DNA of 57,749 nucleotides from Trichomonas gallinae (Eukaryota): NCBI GenBank assembly GCA_008369845.1, contig MRSU01009401.1, positions 1 to 57,749 of the forward strand, read 5' to 3'. Shown piece by piece: positions 42,401 to 52,386 of this stretch (position 1 is its first letter; each line of letters starts with the position of its first letter). The notes under the pieces were generated by a model. It saw only the letters and a program-made list of their open reading frames with translations, ran no database searches and was not told where the DNA came from. The position numbers and the translations under genes were made by a program.

Positions 42401-45400
42401 GTCTGTGTACAACTCTCTCGCTTCTATGCAGTTTGACATCTTTATTGTCTCTCTGTTGTATTTTTCTGGCAAATCGTTGAACATTGTTTTAACGAGAAGC
42501 GTCTTAGAAGACTCAGGGCCAATCAACAATGAATGCTTTTGATGAGCAGCAAGCAGCCTTGTAATATATTGAGGGCCAACGCATTCATTAGTTGGAACAA
42601 ATTGCTGCTCGATTGGTGCAGTTGGATTTATTGGCAAAACAACTGATCCATCGCACCAAACAATCCATGAGAAGTGGCCGATATCTATGAAGTAATCGTA
42701 AACAGTGAATTTCGGTGGGAATTGATACCTTGAGTTAAGTTTCTCCATCAAATCTCTCAAGAACTTATCAAATAAGTTTCTTGAATCTTCAACTAGTGAT
42801 GCACCGAATGACCATATGATTGAAAAGATGAAAATTCTCTCGAAGATCAATGGAACTTTTTCTGGTTCGATTATTCCGAATGTTTTAGCGACTCTTGAGT
42901 TGTAAGCTGAAGCGTATAGAGCGTGATTTAGTGGATCGACTTGCTTCTGTTCATCTGTGTCTGAACTTGTGACAAGTTCGTATTGTCTCAAAATGTCGAA
43001 GAACGATTCTATGATATTTAACATGTTCTTGAGAATGAAAAGTGGATTCTGCTTCACTGCTTGTTGAGCATCAGTTGTAACAAACTGGATCAACTTAGGA
43101 ATGTAGTTCGGGAAGAGAGATTTGAGCAAATTTTCAACGAGTGGGTACTTAGGTTTGATACTTGTGAGCCACATGTCAGTGACAAACTGCCATTTGACAT
43201 CTTCAGTATCAAAGTAAATCATTCCGCAGCGAGAAACTGTTGCTGGAGAAGCTTGAGCGAGTGAATCTACTTCGAACAAAAGCTTGACATTTTGCCCTAA
43301 GTTGATTCTTTCGTTGTTTGGCAAGCACAATACTCTGTTATCATCAAGCAATGAGTTCATTGATTCGATCCAAAGAGAATCAACAGGACCATCGATAACA
43401 ATCCAGTGATAATGATCGTCTTCAGCTTTAGAATCTTCTCTGATGGCATTTGATAATATACCATCACTCCAGCCCATTGTAATTGGATCGAATAAACCGT
43501 ATAACTCTGAAATTGTGACAGCTTTCGGATTCATGCATTTGACGTCGACTTTCAATTTGCTGTCTTTCTCTGATAGTTTATCTAATCCATGCTTGAGGGC
43601 TTTCCAGCAAATAGTCTTTCCACTCATTGCCTGGCCAACAAGCATTGTTCCTTGTCTTTGAGACATTGTGTCTAAGACATCTTTTGCCTTCCTGATGAAC
43701 ATGTGTTCAGGGAATCCTCCGTTGATCTTGAAGCCTTCGGCTAGAGCTTCATTGATATCGTCTGGGATGTATTTCTCTGGTTTGACGTCGGGGAATACAT
43801 CCACAATGATGTCTTCGAACAAAGCAACATCGTCTGAAATCAATCTTGGTTCAATGCAGTTGCAGATGCATTCGACTAAGATGAGGAATTCCTTCATGTC
43901 TGGTTTCTTGATTCTTGTTTCGCCGGCCATCACAAGGATTGTCTTCATTGTTCTTAAGCCCCAATCATAGTGAATTGCGTTGGATAACTGCGTTGTGCAG
44001 AGCTTGAATACAGCGACTAATTTGACAGCGAGCGTTGAAGCAGCTGTGAATCCTCCAGAGAAAAGCATGATCTCGCAGATGAACACGAAGTCAGGAACCA
44101 TCATTGCAATTGGCCTGAAGATGATCTTCAAGTTATCTGGAAGTTCTGTTCTTCCTGCATAGCCAGGGTTCATTGTGATGCAAACAGCGCAACTCGGATT
44201 TAATTTTAAGACCCTTGAATCGAGAGTGAACTGCTCGCATTGGCCTGCAATAGCGTTTTGAATGCATCTCAGTTGTTGTGCAATAACTGACAAAACTTCG
44301 ATGTTGATTCTGTTGAATTCATCGAAGCATGACCATGAACCAGATGTAGCAAGGCCAGCGAAGAACTGTGACATTTGCTCTGGAGTGACTTCTTCTGAGC
44401 AGTTGTATACAACGCAAGGTCTTCCGAGAGCTTTTGCACAGTCTCTGACTGTTTCTGTTTTGCCAGTACCAGCTGGACCGCTTGGAGCACCGCTTAAGTT
44501 CTGCTTGAATGCTGCTAAGAGAGTTTGATAGCATCTGTCTGTTAGAGGAGTGATAACAAGTCTAGAAGAATTGCCCGCGTATTCATATGAATATTCGTAG
44601 TTGTTATTGATGGATCTGACAATAACTGTTTCATCTTCCCAATAATATCTTAGCTGTTGCTCCCAGATGAAACTATCAATGTCGTCAACATCATTTCTAA
44701 CCATTAGATTGATGATATCTCTGTTGTGGACTTCAAAAATCAACAAGCATGATGCAAGAATTCTCATTCCTGGTGACAAATCTGTTCTGATCATTTCTGT
44801 GAGCTCATCAAGCATCGTTGAATATTTGGACTGAATGTTAACGATGCCTTTCTTCTTGGAAGATCTTAGCGCGTTTGTGATCTGCTGTGTCCATAATATC
44901 TGGTTCGCAATTAGAACGACTTGTGCTGGGAATTCTTCCATCCATTCTGATCTCTTCTTCTTTGGGAACAATGAAACAGCATCTTGGATTTTAAGCTTGA
45001 TTGTGTTCTTCATTTCATCTTCGAAATTATTCATCCATTCTTCGATTTCTTCTGTGTTTGCATCGACATGATTAATCAGTTGGACGGTTTCTGTTGCACC
45101 ATCATGCATCTCAGTGACAATTCTGTCTGATGTAATTGTCAGCGAGTTAACGTATTCGAATAGTTTCTTAAATGATTTCTGAACTTCGGCGAAGTCTTTC
45201 GTTGTTGAGAGAATTGCAATGATTTCATCGTTGGACAAGAAGAAGAACCTTGGGAATCCTTGTCTTTTGGACTCTAAATACGTATTCAGACCTTCATAAA
45301 CAAAGCTCAATAATCTGTTGCATTCCTGGAATGTCTCAAATATTTTGTCACGCTTCATGACATTGACAAATGATGGATGGTTATGAGTTAGAGTCATAGA

Positions 45401-48400
45401 AGAAGCCCACATCTTATCAACATTTGCCCAACTTGCTGCTTCTTTTGGTAATTTCTTTTGGATTGAGCTTCCGCTGAAAATCGGCTGCAAATATAGCCAC
45501 TGTCTCTGACACGAAATCCACTCTTCCATTGTTTGATGGCAGTGTCTGAGAAAGTCCAGTCTTTCGATTGCTCTCTTCTTCACTGGAGCGATATATGGAG
45601 AGCTGAGAAGTGTCTGCGATGTAACAAGCTGATCATCGATGATAGAAATGATGTCATTAACTCCTGAAATAATGAACTGTCCAGAATCTCTGAACGGAAT
45701 TGTAATGAACTGAGTTGTTTCAAGTTCCAAATCGAGCTTGTCCAAAACAGACTCAATGGCATACTCTTGCATAGCAATGCTAGCAACCTCTGTGATTTGT
45801 TGGCCCCATCTGCCTAAATCCATCTGCAAAAAGCCTTGTAAAGTTAATTCCATTGTTGGGACACAGTTGAATCCAACAATCTCTGAAATTTGCTCCCAAT
45901 GTTTAGTCTTGATGCCCAAATGCCTCAGTTTAGAAACAAGCTGGAGCGGCTGCTTGAACTTGTTGATAGAATCAGCCAAAGGAAGTAAAACATGGTTCAT
46001 TAAGTCTTGATGAGGAATCAAGTCTTTCTTCAATTTCTGGATCTTCTTGATGCATAAAGCAATGAAGTTATTCATCTGATCAGGCTTAGTTTGCAAGAAT
46101 GGAGTATCAAGCCACTGTGAGCTTGTGCTATTCCACTCGCTCGCCAAATTCCACAATGTAGAAATCGGCGCAAATTCTTGGCATAGTTTGTCGAGAGCTC
46201 TGCAAGGTGCAGCATCGAAACCGAAGATCGAATCCTGGTTGCTATACTTGGAATCAAGCTCTTTGAGTCTTGCAAGTTCTTTGTCAATTTCTGTAACGGC
46301 ATCATAAGCTTCTATCGAGTCTTCCAAGTCTTGGTATTTTTTGATAATGTTTGGAATTGTTTTTGCAATTTCTGCTGTTTCGCTTTCGAGGCTTTTCTGG
46401 TTAGTTCTGAGATCTTTGATCATCCTGATCCTCTCGACTTGTACTGTCCTTTCAACATCATCGAGCATCAGCGCTAACTTGTTTGGCATGCTTAAGAGTT
46501 TGTAATAATCATCAGCTTCTTCGTTGGAAATTTCGAATTGATATTCATCAAGAAAATCATATCTTTCTGTGATCTTCTTGATTTTCGTCATTCTGTCTTC
46601 ATACTGGTTTTTAACGAGTGTCGAAAAGTTCTTGAGTTCGTTGAGCTCTTCAGGTGTTGTTGGTTTCAGTTTTAACTTCTCCATTATTTCGTCGAAAATT
46701 TGTTGGAGATCGGAAACTTCTTGTGAAGCGTATTGCTTGAATTGTTTAAGTAATAATGTGTAATTTTCGTGTGTGTGGAAGGCCATCATTTCGCAGAACG
46801 AACTGCATTGTATTTCGAACGGTCCTATTTTAACTTTCGGTTTCATTTCTTGTGTTAAAATTTTTCTTATTTTCTTGAAGTCGGAAATTTGCTTGTGATA
46901 ATCTTCCAATGGCCTTGTTCCATCTGGATCGAATTCCTTGATGAAATTGTCTGTGTTGAGGCTCAGCGATGACTCAAAGAACCTGTATGAGTCAAGGAAA
47001 GCATTGACTTTTTCGAAGAGCTTGTTTAATGTTTCTTCGAGTAAATCATGAGTTTCGTTTATTTCTTCGATAACATTGTCGAAGAACATGTTTGAGATGT
47101 TAAACTCAACCATGGGCATGACAATTGTTGGAATATCGAGGAGCGTCGACTCTAGCTGAGGAAGCACAGAAACAATCTGATCGATGAAAGATGAAGGAGA
47201 AGGAATGACTTGAAGTGACTGATTTTCGAAAATTAAATCTAAAATGAATTGTGGTTGTATTTCTCCTTCATTGTCAATATGCTGGAGGAAAATGTTTAGG
47301 TATTGTTCGAGTGTTTTTTGTGCGCTAATTATTGCCTGTGAGTTTGTCATTCTCACGCCAATGTTTATCATTTTTTCAAGCTTTTTCAATTCTTTTTGGC
47401 CGGATTTTTGCATAACTTGGGAAACTGTTGTGCTTGCAAGGGCTTCAAGCATTTCTTGTATTTTACCTCTATAAACTTTACCATTTTCAGCCAATAATTG
47501 ATATTGATCTGCTATAAATGCTTCTAATGTAATTAAATTTTTGGAAGTTCCGCTTAAAAACGTTAAATCTGCATAGTGTTGGACAGTAACGAACATTTTC
47601 TGTATGCAGCTGAATATCAAATCGTTTTCAAATGGATGCTCATCGATAATATTTTCTTTAATTTCAGGAAATGTTGCAATGTTTTTTGTAACTAGTCCAA
47701 AATCTGAATTTGGTTGAGGTTTGAACATTAAAGCTAAAAATTCGTCTCTATCTGGAATTAATGGATTTAAATCAAGATTGTAAGCAAATTCGAGAGTATT
47801 ATTGAGTTTACGATATTCTTCTTTGATTTCATTTGAAAGAGTATTGATTACTTTCGGATAATCTTTAGTTGTTGGCTTTTTCGCTAAATCCGTTATTTGA
47901 TTTATAATATTTTCGGGTAATTCTGGTAAATCCGTAGTTGGCATTTGATTGATTCTCGAATTAAGTCTAAATTCCATTTCATAAGCTCTGCATCCAAGTT
48001 TTGCTGCTTCAATTCGCTTGTAAAATTTTTCTTCGTCTTCGCAATCAAAACGAAGATTAAAACGCGTGACTTTCTTTGTTTTTGTTGAGTTTTCCCATTG
48101 TATTGTGAAAATTTTCGAATCTGAGTTGTATTCAGTAACTTTACATTTCTTCCAAATCTTATCTCCGTTAACTAATGTATATTTCGAGAATGCATCTGGG
48201 TGTTGGAGCAGATATTCCAGTGGATATTGCTCGTAATTTGAATCGTCGAATAATTCGATTGGTAAAAAGAAGTCTGTCGACTCTTTTTGCGTTGTTTCTT
48301 GTAAGGGAGGAAGTGGTTTTGGTGGTTGCTTTAATTTTGAAACAATAATTTGGCTGATATCTGATGATGTTGTTCCTGCAGCGAAAGATTTTGGCGCTTG

Positions 48401-48763
48401 TCCACCGGTATAGAGTGGTTCTGTTACTGGAGGCGGCGCTTTTATTTTGTATGGAGCATCTAAACGTGTTTTAGCACGAACAGTTTTTGTTGCTTTCGGA
48501 TTAAAATCTATAATTGCCGAAATTGGTGGAGCATTTTGCAATGGATCTAATGGACCCATATCCACTGGTTGATTTAGTATATCCAGATCCTTTTCATCCG
48601 GTTCTATCTTTGTTTGTCCCAAATTCCAATCACCAATTTTCGGTATTTTAACAGCTTCATCTGGATTTAATTTGCCAAGTTTGTGACTTAGGGCTCGCTT
48701 TTTCATATACTCCTTTTCATTCGATGTGAGACGGTCACGTGCCCTTGTAACGCGATCAGACAT
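36500..48763 (-). CDS. DNAH1: Axonemal dynein heavy chain, single-headed inner-arm type (DNAH1-like)
   Basis: AAA1 GPAGTGKTET, CFDEFNRI, ITMNPGYAGRTELPDNLK, AAA2-4, stalk/MTBD and C-domain GLFLEGAKW. The N-terminal LPIELFDD...RFNLRFDCEDEEKF..RI block resembles DNAH1. Start placed at ATG 48763 (MSDRV). Family call is firm; subfamily is less certain. Confidence 0.9.
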   Translation of the reverse strand: MSDRVTRARDRLTSNEKEYMKKRALSHKLGKLNPDEAVKIPKIGDWNLGQTKIEPDEKDLDILNQPVDMGPLDPLQNAPPISAIIDFNPKATKTVRAKTRLDAPYKIKAPPPVTEPLYTGGQAPKSFAAGTTSSDISQIIVSKLKQPPKPLPPLQETTQKESTDFFLPIELFDDSNYEQYPLEYLLQHPDAFSKYTLVNGDKIWKKCKVTEYNSDSKIFTIQWENSTKTKKVTRFNLRFDCEDEEKFYKRIEAAKLGCRAYEMEFRLNSRINQMPTTDLPELPENIINQITDLAKKPTTKDYPKVINTLSNEIKEEYRKLNNTLEFAYNLDLNPLIPDRDEFLALMFKPQPNSDFGLVTKNIATFPEIKENIIDEHPFENDLIFSCIQKMFVTVQHYADLTFLSGTSKNLITLEAFIADQYQLLAENGKVYRGKIQEMLEALASTTVSQVMQKSGQKELKKLEKMINIGVRMTNSQAIISAQKTLEQYLNIFLQHIDNEGEIQPQFILDLIFENQSLQVIPSPSSFIDQIVSVLPQLESTLLDIPTIVMPMVEFNISNMFFDNVIEEINETHDLLEETLNKLFEKVNAFLDSYRFFESSLSLNTDNFIKEFDPDGTRPLEDYHKQISDFKKIRKILTQEMKPKVKIGPFEIQCSSFCEMMAFHTHENYTLLLKQFKQYASQEVSDLQQIFDEIMEKLKLKPTTPEELNELKNFSTLVKNQYEDRMTKIKKITERYDFLDEYQFEISNEEADDYYKLLSMPNKLALMLDDVERTVQVERIRMIKDLRTNQKSLESETAEIAKTIPNIIKKYQDLEDSIEAYDAVTEIDKELARLKELDSKYSNQDSIFGFDAAPCRALDKLCQEFAPISTLWNLASEWNSTSSQWLDTPFLQTKPDQMNNFIALCIKKIQKLKKDLIPHQDLMNHVLLPLADSINKFKQPLQLVSKLRHLGIKTKHWEQISEIVGFNCVPTMELTLQGFLQMDLGRWGQQITEVASIAMQEYAIESVLDKLDLELETTQFITIPFRDSGQFIISGVNDIISIIDDQLVTSQTLLSSPYIAPVKKRAIERLDFLRHCHQTMEEWISCQRQWLYLQPIFSGSSIQKKLPKEAASWANVDKMWASSMTLTHNHPSFVNVMKRDKIFETFQECNRLLSFVYEGLNTYLESKRQGFPRFFFLSNDEIIAILSTTKDFAEVQKSFKKLFEYVNSLTITSDRIVTEMHDGATETVQLINHVDANTEEIEEWMNNFEDEMKNTIKLKIQDAVSLFPKKKRSEWMEEFPAQVVLIANQILWTQQITNALRSSKKKGIVNIQSKYSTMLDELTEMIRTDLSPGMRILASCLLIFEVHNRDIINLMVRNDVDDIDSFIWEQQLRYYWEDETVIVRSINNNYEYSYEYAGNSSRLVITPLTDRCYQTLLAAFKQNLSGAPSGPAGTGKTETVRDCAKALGRPCVVYNCSEEVTPEQMSQFFAGLATSGSWSCFDEFNRINIEVLSVIAQQLRCIQNAIAGQCEQFTLDSRVLKLNPSCAVCITMNPGYAGRTELPDNLKIIFRPIAMMVPDFVFICEIMLFSGGFTAASTLAVKLVAVFKLCTTQLSNAIHYDWGLRTMKTILVMAGETRIKKPDMKEFLILVECICNCIEPRLISDDVALFEDIIVDVFPDVKPEKYIPDDINEALAEGFKINGGFPEHMFIRKAKDVLDTMSQRQGTMLVGQAMSGKTICWKALKHGLDKLSEKDSKLKVDVKCMNPKAVTISELYGLFDPITMGWSDGILSNAIREDSKAEDDHYHWIVIDGPVDSLWIESMNSLLDDNRVLCLPNNERINLGQNVKLLFEVDSLAQASPATVSRCGMIYFDTEDVKWQFVTDMWLTSIKPKYPLVENLLKSLFPNYIPKLIQFVTTDAQQAVKQNPLFILKNMLNIIESFFDILRQYELVTSSDTDEQKQVDPLNHALYASAYNSRVAKTFGIIEPEKVPLIFERIFIFSIIWSFGASLVEDSRNLFDKFLRDLMEKLNSRYQFPPKFTVYDYFIDIGHFSWIVWCDGSVVLPINPTAPIEQQFVPTNECVGPQYITRLLAAHQKHSLLIGPESSKTLLVKTMFNDLPEKYNRETIKMSNCIEARELYTDIKAMLQKRHGAYGPLPGQELIVFLDDISTPKSEQYGAQPPLEFIRQVIDYGGWYNTKKVEFEKVVETTFIAAMSMPIGGAFTIPERLKRHFVSIHVPRTNKTSLFAIISGLLTNLLDKHEPAIKELIRPTVLATLDVFSEIQKTLLPVPSKPHYIFGLRNIIRVIKGICLAPQHEIPKDIDFFHIWWHEMHKEFYERFNEEETRAWFTSMMSTAFAQEFHIQTNKVMQDNITFNNYSNSERTYVEVIERQESTIDRCKKYLEDHNATMPKTLNIVMFQQAVDHLASISRGLAMQRGHLMLVGLKASGRKSLARLASYIADIELFEISLTRTYGFLEWREDLKNLLKSCGLKNKQRSFMISDFQIVKPFQLADISKLLAESWIPNLFSRDELDQIKNEMTAGITLEEDPLTLFKDRVRLNLHIVLIVSPSSTIFKDELHNFEDLLKETTMDWFMPWSSNSLEAVATNVLEKSSITEPDMRKKIVSFCVKAHKSVEATSTRYFIERKRYTAITPSRFFDLLNLFMSRLENQIKQTDMKVKDFDSGIEKIERTRKQIEQLSQQLDRDIPILKNKQKNVEDLIKDLQKKQSDVELTRTAIKEQSEKAEVEAQAAEETNRIAQEKLNEAKPILQGAQDAIDMIDRDSIVNIKQLKKIHPALREAFEAICILFGRQPRKIETSPGVKTEDYWPETLVLLNDVAFIKKIRNFQPDTITKETIKKLAKYVPMEKKTREDKLAEVRSGYHAVGNIYFWLCSLYDYWYVHQEIIPLQNEADAAAAKYERQLQILNNSKAHLAETEEQLKDLLAQVDVEKKNVKELQDSVNITQLKLSRAQKIMVGLGVEVKRWNQQKADLINSSTSIVGDNLLISGCLTYFGAFGPQYRARLLDEWRMYLLNDSFVFASNFSIINLLGNEAKTRSWIYMGLPNDSHSIENALIIEAHPESFPLLIDPQFNGTKWLKLFEGDQLKVLHFDQSDFVQQLKSCITFGVHVLIENVGFDFDPIIEPILSREFIISDGVKKISIGGEYINYSPDFRLFMSTKYPNPHYSPEICSQVTLINFVTTQSGLSDFLMNSLIEVERDDLDKKRVSIMESNAENTNKLKQLEGQILQIVNNAGEDILSDDNAINTLTSAQKTTLSIEQQLALSAKTELQIQQYRTKFVSVAEYAAQLYFCASDFSIIDPMYQFSLMWFVDIFKKAVKEAPHPTDVTQMIASFQHAIGVKFFQCVSYSLFSKHKLLFAFLVTVRVLLFQEKITQSELAFLLNPTIEKTEKTVKWLPDASWDLANSLVNASNSFNDLINSLQNKEDVWRNYLAKSEAENVEPPMGTTPWEHLLILRVFHFDRVCSGIRLFISRTLGKEFVDPPPLNLKNIFAESSPLTPLIFVITPGIDPQDEIVQVAEHMEVTRAVKFYSLGRGRGAGAEKLIEEASSAGFWVILQNCHLSLSWMPRLEHIVDGLVGTVHPRFRLCLETMSTPQFPIGVLFRGTKLIYEIPKGVKENVLRIYSGMDQEIYNDNPNSLEKQLTFHLAFFHAVVLERLQFGSLGWNVPYEFNLSDFNISRKQLSSFISEAGGDIAPFDALTYVIGKLNYGGRVTDKWDIRLLQSILQQYVSQTAIASAEPFGPHFPAPAESAKHEDIIKLINEWPIVTEGEDVGLAKNASTIVARAEAVNIFNSIIEIDPTLISTSGTADDTAYIMKLIETYSAQVPHEFNTANLQRQMRNSTGNCDVFLVVVLHECVLYNKLLSEIHRSLYEANDALSGGRLMNEEISQMIKSLVANKVPDRWKQVSYLTALPASHFIEDLVERCKFIDSWTRGARPKVFKLGAFFHPEEFLTANLQLFARKNKVPFDTVRYTTSILKERVGAAIQEEPENGLYVEGLFLEGAKWSSEESCLVECDSCDLISTLPVVHLIPTTEPDDKGYECPVFRTQVRGTGALDPQNYIMSLWLPNGKLSPSHWTQRSVAAIITVRE

Positions 48764-49152
48764 CGAGAAAAAAATAACGTGATTTAATATTTGACATTTT
48801 ACATGACAAAATGTCATATTGTCAAAACATTTCCATCATCAATAGAAACATATCTCACTTAAAAATAACATAAGCAATTCAATCACTACATGTTTTCTTC
48901 TCATATTTATCAATTATTTGTTTCAAAAATGGTAATTAATTTTTAGACGGAAAATATTATCATAAATTGATATCAAAAAGCCTTATAAAACAATAGATGC
49001 ATCATGTTATTTAATGATTTCTTATCTATTCTTTTTAAATCATGAATTCTTTTGTTGAAATAAAATATATCATGAATGAAGAAGGTTCGAATATGTGATC
49101 ATTATTTATATCGTTGAAATAGTGATAATTATCAGCAACAAACATTAATTTT

Positions 49153-49656
49153 TTACAATATGAGAGAAGTCTTGCGTTTTCTATAACCTAGACCTCTAAT
49201 TGAGGTGGAAGTAGCTATCTTCTTACTATGATCATTGTTATTTGATTGTGCCTGAACAAACGTTGGCAGTGTTCTATAAGAACTGATTCCTTTAATTGCA
49301 GCTCCTTCTTTGGTTGGTGTGCTTTTCGGTACCAGAACAATAGCTATGCCATCTTTAAGACCCATTCTATTGATAAAGGCATCGTCAGCAACGTTTCCAC
49401 CTGGGCACATTAGATAATAATTTGAGTCGTCAATATGTTTTGATCTAATAAATTCTCTTATGGTAGCACCTGTATCGGCTATTGTTGTTTGCATTGTGTA
49501 ACTTTCCATTTTTGGCGTTTTTATGTGGATAACGATTCCTTTTTCGTGGTTTGGTTCACAGTAAAACTTAGTGTACAGGGGAGGCAGATGTATTCTCTGT
49601 TCGTTTGCGTAATTCTCCAAATTTGAGGAATAGAAACTGCTTTCGGCAATAAACAT
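49153..49656 (-). CDS. Hypothetical protein with a possible ubiquitin-like domain
   Basis: IVIHIKTP...TIREFI...YYLM..GG.VADD.FI..MGLKDGIAIVLV resembles a beta-grasp fold. Confidence 0.6.
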   Translation of the reverse strand: MFIAESSFYSSNLENYANEQRIHLPPLYTKFYCEPNHEKGIVIHIKTPKMESYTMQTTIADTGATIREFIRSKHIDDSNYYLMCPGGNVADDAFINRMGLKDGIAIVLVPKSTPTKEGAAIKGISSYRTLPTFVQAQSNNNDHSKKIATSTSIRGLGYRKRKTSLIL

Positions 49657-50604
49657 TCGAGCAGTTAAAAAAAAAACTGATAATTTTTTGAGAGATTGAG
49701 AGCACGTTAATTTTATCTACTTTATCTAGCCTAGATATGCTAAGATTCATCAAAATATTTTTATGCCTTCTCAAAATTGTAAATGATAAAAATTTTACAT
49801 CAATTATTCCGTATTTGGGATAGCTCCATGATATATTATAGAAATCAAATTACAGGAGCCTTTGTCATGACTGTTCAAATTCTGAGAAACTGCTTTTTGA
49901 ATTCAAAAAAATAAAGTGTAATTTCTTTATTTCATATCTGTTATTAATAAAACCTTATTTAAAACTTCTGTTCATTTTTTTATCAAAAATTTCTGCTGAA
50001 GGAATCCGATGGCCATGGTTTGAATCGCGGACAATCTATTGACAGTTAGTGAGAACCAATTGTTTTTAGAAACCTCACATGATTTAAAGCAAAAAATTAA
50101 AGGACAATGTACCTTGGACTAATGAAAAATAATCGCCATCATTAATATACATTAATACGAAAAAAACCGATTTTATTAGCTTCATTATAATTCTGACAGA
50201 ACCTTAAAATGTCAAAATTTGCTTTTTACATGTCAGAATCATAGAAGTACACTCATTTCCAAAAAAAAAACTTCTCCGATTGAATATCATTGCAACCTAA
50301 GTAATAACCATTCTGATTCAAAAAATAAACTTCAAACATTGTATATAAAGCTAAATTCAAAATTTGGGATAAAAACGATTATGAGAGAATTGATAACCTA
50401 AACTTTTACTACACATATGGTTGAAGTTCTAGCAGGCCCATCAATGATCCCATATTTTGAAATTTTGTTTATTCTATTTTGACTTTTATTTTTTCAAGGA
50501 ATGTCATAGATTTTAACGATAAAAAACTTATATATTTTAGTGTACATCATGAGTCTTTGGTTTCGTTGTATAAAAAAGGGTTTATATCCAAAAAGTGCTT
50601 TATA

Positions 50605-51359
50605 ATGTGCACGTTTCTTTTTGCTAACTTTGCAGCGAGCGAATTATTGTCTGGACTTACCTGCGGAATGTGCTCTGGAACAATAGCTAGTGCAAAGAAA
50701 AGTTTCTCAACTTTCTGGGATACATATGATTTCACAGATAATTGCAAGGAGATCTCTATAACAAATCTTGAGATTTGCAAAGATGCAGCTCCACAAGTTT
50801 TAAAATATATTTTCGACATTACACCTCCAATATCTGTCTGCCAAATGATCACAATGTGTCCATTCACTCAAACAAGCATAAGCGTAATCCATCTGCTGAA
50901 TTAGATGCATTCAATAATAAAACAAATAAATTCAGGTATGGAAAAGCCTTGGCTGATAACCTCACAGGCAATGATTGAACAAAATATACAATCCCAGTTA
51001 TGAAGAAGTCTATGAACAAAATTGCTGATAGAATTCCTGCAGCAAAACCTTACATTACAAAAGCAAATCATACAACCATCACAAATTTCATTATGGCAAT
51101 TATTTCAAATCACTCTCCTTAAGACATTGTTTAGCATACAGATCTTTGTCAAGCTGTAGATCTCCAAATCCAAACATTTCGATATGATCAATATAGCATT
51201 ATTGTCATTCATGCTTTCCTAGTGTGTTGTGCGGTTTCGGTATTTATCACTCTTTCCATTGCATATTCATTACAATTTGGATTAAAATTTTGTCAGCACC
51301 GTTTAGGATCACAATACAAATTACTTGGAACAACAGTTGATATCAAGCAAATGCAGTGA
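50605..51359 (+). pseudogene. Saposin-like (SapB/SAPLIP) membrane protein pseudogene
   Basis: ATG 50605, intact 6-Cys SapB domain, apparent frameshift near 50865, in-frame stops at 50976, 51120 and 51132, then a TM segment and terminal TGA at 51357-51359. Confidence 0.7.
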
Positions 51360-51489
51360 TCTATTTATTATCGTTGTTATCCATCAGATATTCCACATCA
51401 TATGATCAAAACAAATTCACACATGTTCTAAAAACTGCGTAGAATACGCAATCCGAATATTATTGATCCAGATTAAAAGGATAGATGAT

Positions 51490-52013
51490 CGCAATCAAGA
51501 ATTGGTATTAACATACCAATTAACTACAAAGTTCGCAAAATACAAAATATAATAGATGATGCAGTAAATGTTTATATCTCCAAAAGCCAGTTTGTATTAC
51601 AAGAAACATTTTGCAGGTACAGAGCATACTTTCCCTCTCTCAAGTTGACAGCTAAACAGTCACCCGGCAAGTCATTTAATTCCAAGCTACTGTTTTCTTT
51701 GTTTTATATATCATCATTCTTGCTTTTAGCGTGTTATGATGTAGGACAGTTTGATGGTATCATTCAAACTTCTTCAAGATACTCATATTTACGACAATGC
51801 TTATTCCACATTACGACAATCACAACGACATTAGGTTTTGTCTTTTTTTTTATTTATAAAATGATTAATTTGACATCTCATTATATTGATATAGCAATGC
51901 GAATAGCATCAATCTATTTTACAATAATTCCAAATCGCTCAAAAATTGTCAACACTATTGAAGCCAGAAAGCATTTTTATAATCCAAAAAGGCTTCATTT
52001 GCAGGACCGATAA
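51490..52013 (+). pseudogene. Possible decayed membrane-protein gene
   Basis: Stop-free frame of about 170 codons without an early ATG, two hydrophobic segments, flanked by in-frame stops. Confidence 0.35.
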
Positions 52014-52386
52014 GATTTTAACGTCATTTCTATCGTCGTTTCTACACTTAGCCTAAGAGTTTTTCACATAAAATAATATCTAATATGAACATAATATGAT
52101 TACAATACATATATACATCGTTGTTGCCAAATATTGATGTTATGGCACTTTTTTGACGACATCTGAAATGTTAGAAAAAAAAAGTCGTATATTTTTTATT
52201 TATTAAAAGAATTTTAAATTTCGATTTTTCATATGATATACTTACATTATATTCATTTTTACAAAATTGAGTCCACAATTTTTAATTTTTTATAAAAAAT
52301 GAGATAACCACTAATATAGTCTATTACCCTATGAAAATTCCATTGGAAAATTTAAAACTAAAACAAAAATTAATTCGAGAAAAGAG

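Noticed and set aside
36783..47474. Many 60-120-aa antisense and alternate-frame ORFs inside dynein (also inside VPS11, URB2-like and threonine dehydratase)
   Set aside because: Expected by-products of codon bias in long CDSs; no recognisable motifs.
50976..51134. Stop-codon reassignment or readthrough as the explanation for the in-frame TGA/TAA/TAG
   Set aside because: All three codons terminate intact genes in this window and long ORFs have no internal stops. A frameshift is also required, so pseudogenisation is simpler.
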